Position numbers and translations under genes: made by a program
Source: Felis catus
Taxonomy: Eukaryota
Assembly (NCBI RefSeq): GCF_018350175.1
Contig: NC_058381.1
Coordinates: forward strand, 39,742,001-39,806,000
Length of the DNA stretch: 64,000 bases
Direction of reading: 5' to 3'
Shown here: in pieces, positions 60,473 through 64,000 of the stretch
Position numbering within the stretch: the stretch's first letter is position 1
Layout: the number at the start of each line of letters is the position of its first letter
The notes under the pieces: model-generated
What the model was told of the DNA's origin: nothing
Seen by the model: only the letters and a program-made list of their open reading frames with translations
Database searches by the model: none

Positions 60473-60702
60473 CAGACTGGTTTTTATTTCCTTTCAGCAT
60501 TTGCTGATGTTAGAATACTACTGAGTCTAGGAGTGGCTGCCTTTTGGAAATTTTAATGACTTGCTTTAGTCAGACAGTACACAGCCAGAAGAGCAGGGTA
60601 TAAAACTCCTGTCTCTCCTTCCTACATCAGTTATAGCTGTTTTACTTTATTTTATACAATGCTATTTTCCAGGAGCAATTAATTCTTAAAACTCTTTGTC
60701 TC

Positions 60703-60902
60703 AGGGTGCCTGGATGGCTCAATTGGTTAAGTTTTTGACTCTTGATTTCAGGTTGGGTCATGATCTCAGGGTCGTGGAATTGAGCCCCACATTGGGCTTT
60801 GTGCTGACAGCATGGATCCTACTTGGGATTCCCTCTTTCTATCTCTGCCCCTTGCCTGTGCTCTTTCTCTCTCAAAATAAGTAAATAAACATTAAAAAAA
60901 AA
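60703..60902 (+). mobile_element. Carnivore SINE
   Basis: TSD around CTCTTTGTCTC; A tail. Confidence 0.9.
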
Positions 60903-61897
60903 CCCTCTTTGTCTCCTTTTTCAAAAAATGTTTTATAATAGTCCAAGAATAGAAATAGTAGCTACAGGCAGAAATGCTATGGAGTAGTAACTTTAAACAC
61001 AGTAAATAAGTATAAATATGTTAAGATTCTTTTAAGTGTCTTCTGATCAGAGGAGTTTTCCCTAGAGCCGCAATAACACATTTGATTCTTAATTGTTTTT
61101 TGTTTCCCATATTCATATTAGGTAATATGCCTTCTGGGTTTCTATGTCTGACATACTCTTTATGTCTTCTTTATTCCGTGGCTATCATCCTAGTTCAGCT
61201 CGTACTGTGTATCGCTTGGACCAGTTCAGTGGCCTCTTGACTTGTTTCTGTATAGCCATTATATTGTCTAGCCTTTGGCCTTCCTTTTTGATAAACAACT
61301 ACCATAGGAATCATCCTGATGCCCAATGCCTGTCATGCCATTCAGTTGCCCCAAGGGTTTCAACAACTCCTTAGTATTTACTGCATTAAGGGCATACTAC
61401 TTTGGTTACTATTCAAAGCACACACACTTCCCAAATTTATCTTCTGCTGTTATTCTACATGTATCCTGTGTTCCCAGCCAAAGTATCCTCTGAACAAGCC
61501 CTCTTTCTATACCTTAGTGCATACCGTTACCAGTGAAAATGACATCTTCCTTTAGATCTGCATGCTGAAATCTTAACTTCTGTAAAATGCTAGCTTCCTT
61601 TTTGGTCTTTCTTGTTCTCCCCAGTCAGTAGTGATATTTTGACACACCGAAGTATGTTATACTTTTTTTTTCATTTTCTAATTTTTAGGTGCATTATCAT
61701 GAATTTCATTTATCTCCCTAGAAGTTTCTTGAAGAGGGGAATGTTTTTAACTCACTTTAATTTCTATTGTATACCATACAGTCTGTGACTTGCAGATGGT
61801 AGGCAGTCAGTACATTTCGTTATATTTAAAATTAGTGAAAAACGTTAGAATAAATAAGAAAAACCAAATATGGGTTTGCTAGGCCAAAGAAGAGAAG

Positions 61898-61903
61898 TTT
61901 ATT
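61898..61903 (-). terminator. Poly(A) signal of the KRTAP2 gene
   Basis: AATAAA on minus strand ~220 bp past the stop, followed by GCAAA. Confidence 0.7.
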
Positions 61904-62125
61904 ATAAAACAAACATGCCACAAGACCTAAGATCTAAGATGGGAAGAAGGGAGTTGATACTGTTACAAAGACTTGAGAACACCCCAAGTCTTAACAGGTA
62001 AGCCTGGATCTCCATTCAAACCCTGGTTGACTTGGGGTCTTGATGGTTTAGGGCAGGAGGTTTCTTAGGTAGAGAAAGGAGTATGACTCTTTCAGAAGGT
62101 TGATTGCTTGTTCTAGACTGTGCAG

Positions 62126-62524
62126 TTAGTAGCAGCAGGAGGTCCTGCAGGTGGTGCGGCAGGGGGCAGGCTGGCAGCAGGGGGGGCGGCAGCAGGGCGC
62201 CTGCACAGAGATGGGCTGGCAGCAGGTGGAGGCCCAGCAGCAGGGGCGGCAGACCACGGCCGTGCAGGACGTGGGGCAGCAGCTGATGGGGCGGCAGCAG
62301 CCCTCCTGCAGGGAGCAGGGGNNNNNNNNNNNNNNNNNNNNNNNNNNNNNNNNNNNNNNNNNNNNNNNNNNNNNNNNNNNNNNNNNNNNNNNNNNNNNNN
62401 NNNNNNNNNNNNNNNNNNNNNNNNNNNNNNNNNNNNNNNNNNNNNNNNNNNNNNNNNNNNNNNNNNNNNNNNNNNNNNNNNNNNNNNNNNNNNNNNNNNN
62501 NNNNNNNNNNNNNNNNNNNNNNNN
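62126..62524 (-). CDS. KRTAP2-1: Keratin-associated protein 2 family; 5' half hidden in N gap (62322-62525)
   Basis: Hand translation of 62320->62126, a frame missing from the ORF track: [64 protein letters not shown], the KAP2 C-terminus. Start inferred at ~62524 from GACAC[C ATG]; number by position. Confidence 0.85.
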   Translation of the reverse strand, partial: XXXXXXXXXXXXXXXXXXXXXXXXXXXXXXXXXXXXXXXXXXXXXXXXXXXXXXXXXXXXXXXXXXXXPCSLQEGCCRPISCCPTSCTAVVCRPCCWASTCCQPISVQAPCCRPPCCQPAPCRTTCRTSCCY

Positions 62525-62525
62525 N
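62322..62525. other. Assembly gap (204 N) inside the KRTAP2 CDS
   Basis: Run of N. Confidence 1.
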
Positions 62526-62607
62526 GTGTCTGGGGCTGGTTTGGGCCGGAGGGGTGAGAGGATTCGGGTGTTGTCAGGTGTGAATGCCTCCCTCCTGCTC
62601 TGGGGCC

Positions 62608-62615
62608 TTTATATA
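62608..62615 (-). promoter_or_regulatory. TATA box of the KRTAP2 gene
   Basis: TATATAAA followed by GGCC, the same spacing as in sister genes. Confidence 0.8.
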
Positions 62616-63859
62616 CCCTGAGTGGGTCCTGATGACCCCTACCCCCATTTATCTTTTGGCCAATTGAGTACAGTTTTGTTTTGACTAATGATTGCATTGC
62701 TTGTGACATACTCATGATCTCATTAAAGAACTCTGTTGCATTCCTAAATATGGATATATTCATGCTGTTCATCATCAAAATCTAAACACTCAGTCATTTG
62801 AGGTGATAGCAACTCTTGATGCTTATTTTGGGTAGATAGCACCTGATGAATCCTGGGCAAAATGGTCCTAAAGGAACCACAAGTTTTAAAAGAAATGAAA
62901 GAAATTAAACATACAGCGGTTTCTAGAGAACTGAGTGGATCCTGTCCTTGACCCCTAGGAGATGCCCTGAGAAACCTACATGTTAATCAGACGGGTGTTA
63001 GACATGTCTTCACATGTGGACTCCTTGGGACTTTATTTACATATCACTTGATAAAATGGAATGCATGTACTTTGAATAAGACTGTGGCTCTGATATTTGT
63101 ATGGGAAAGATAAAAGGTTATTTTTGTAAACCAAGTAAGTATTGGAATAAAACACCCAAGGCTGCCTTCCATTTTTTTCTTCAGCTCAGCTTTGAGCAGC
63201 TATGGGCCTTCTGCTCATAGCATATTGATTTTTCATCTCTGACACCTGACATTTTCTATATTTGCCTTTCTTGTGTGTAAGCTAAAGAATCATATAATGG
63301 GAAGTTTTTTCTTAATATATCTTGACATGGGTACTGTGACTAAGAAGTGACAAGATGGAGGTTTTTAACCAGCATTGCAGACATACACAACACATTGATC
63401 AGAGGAGTTATGTGGGAGGCTGCCCAGCTGTTCGGTGGCAGCACTGCTGGAAATGTGAGGGACATGCTTCTTAGGGAAGGGTCACCAGAAGCGTTTGGGG
63501 AAATGCATGGGGGGAACAGTCTCATTACTTTACAGCTTTTCTCCTGTTGCTATGCACCAGATAGGGTTTTGGGTCACTTAGGATCATTCCCATCGTTCAG
63601 AAGAATGTGCCTCAGGCCCCAGGAGCTAAAGCTCCCCAAGTGGAATTTTGAACATAATTTCAAAACCTTAAAAGGAATGTAAACCGACTGAACATATAGT
63701 CATAATTGGGGAAACAGAGGAGGGAGAAATGAAGCACAGTCTCATCATGAGGACATTCGACTCTCTCATGTTTCACGTTCTTTCTCTGGTCCATGGACAC
63801 ATGATTTTTTTCAAAGCAGTAATCAGAGCCTAGATAAAAACTTGTGTATTCTGCCCTTT

Positions 63860-64000
63860 TTTTGTTCTTTTTCCCAGCTTCATTGAGATAAAAGTGACGT
63901 ACAACATAGCGTAAGCTTCAAGTGTGCATTGTGATGACGTGATGCATGTATATATTGCACAGTGCTTGCTGCAGTAAGGCTACACATCCTTCTCCCACCT
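63860..64000 (-). mobile_element. L1 3' terminus
   Basis: 'CAGCTTCATTGAGATAAAAGTGACGTACAACA...AAGTGTGCATTGTGATGA' L1MB-type 3' end antisense. Confidence 0.7.

Noticed and set aside
6591-60884. Many short ORFs with GAWVAQSVKRPT / SLEPASDSVSPSL motifs
   Set aside because: Translations of carnivore SINE consensus sequence
60258-60902. Head-to-head inverted SINE pair 230 bp apart
   Set aside because: Diverged copies outside any evident transcript; expected at this SINE density
62113-62778. 221-aa ORF in the track at the KRTAP2 locus
   Set aside because: Wrong frame and read through Ns; the KAP2 frame ends at 62126

Overview
Mammalian genomic DNA from a cat-family carnivore, inferred from the many tRNA-derived SINEC/CanSINE elements, including a young SINEC_Fc-type subfamily. 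The window is the start of the keratin-associated protein (KRTAP) cluster in the type I keratin domain. It holds nine single-exon, minus-strand, cysteine-rich KAP genes: four KRTAP3 (5.5, 12.1, 15.9, 23.1 kb), four KRTAP1 (42.7, 45.6, 52.2, 57.9 kb) and one KRTAP2 (62.1 kb, 5' half in an N gap). The order matches my recollection of the human locus (3-3, 3-2, 3-4P, 3-1, 1-5, 1-4, 1-3, 1-1, 2-1), so paralog numbers are mostly positional. Each gene has a TATA box and a poly(A) signal. The rest is about 33 carnivore SINEs, L1, MIR, L2, LTR/ERV remnants and four N gaps. I found no wholly new gene system. Best leads: (1) sharply bounded, mosaic gene-conversion tracts that homogenise coding regions but not flanks; (2) three KRTAP1 proteins of exactly 162 aa reached by reciprocal repeat counts; (3) an intact KRTAP3-4 with a sense SINE in its 3' UTR; (4) two LTR-borne CTCF motifs between subclusters; (5) a young solo ERV LTR with a palindromic B-box-like element; (6) a 21:2 SINE strand bias over the first 34 kb. 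Repeat family names are from visual recognition, not a database search.
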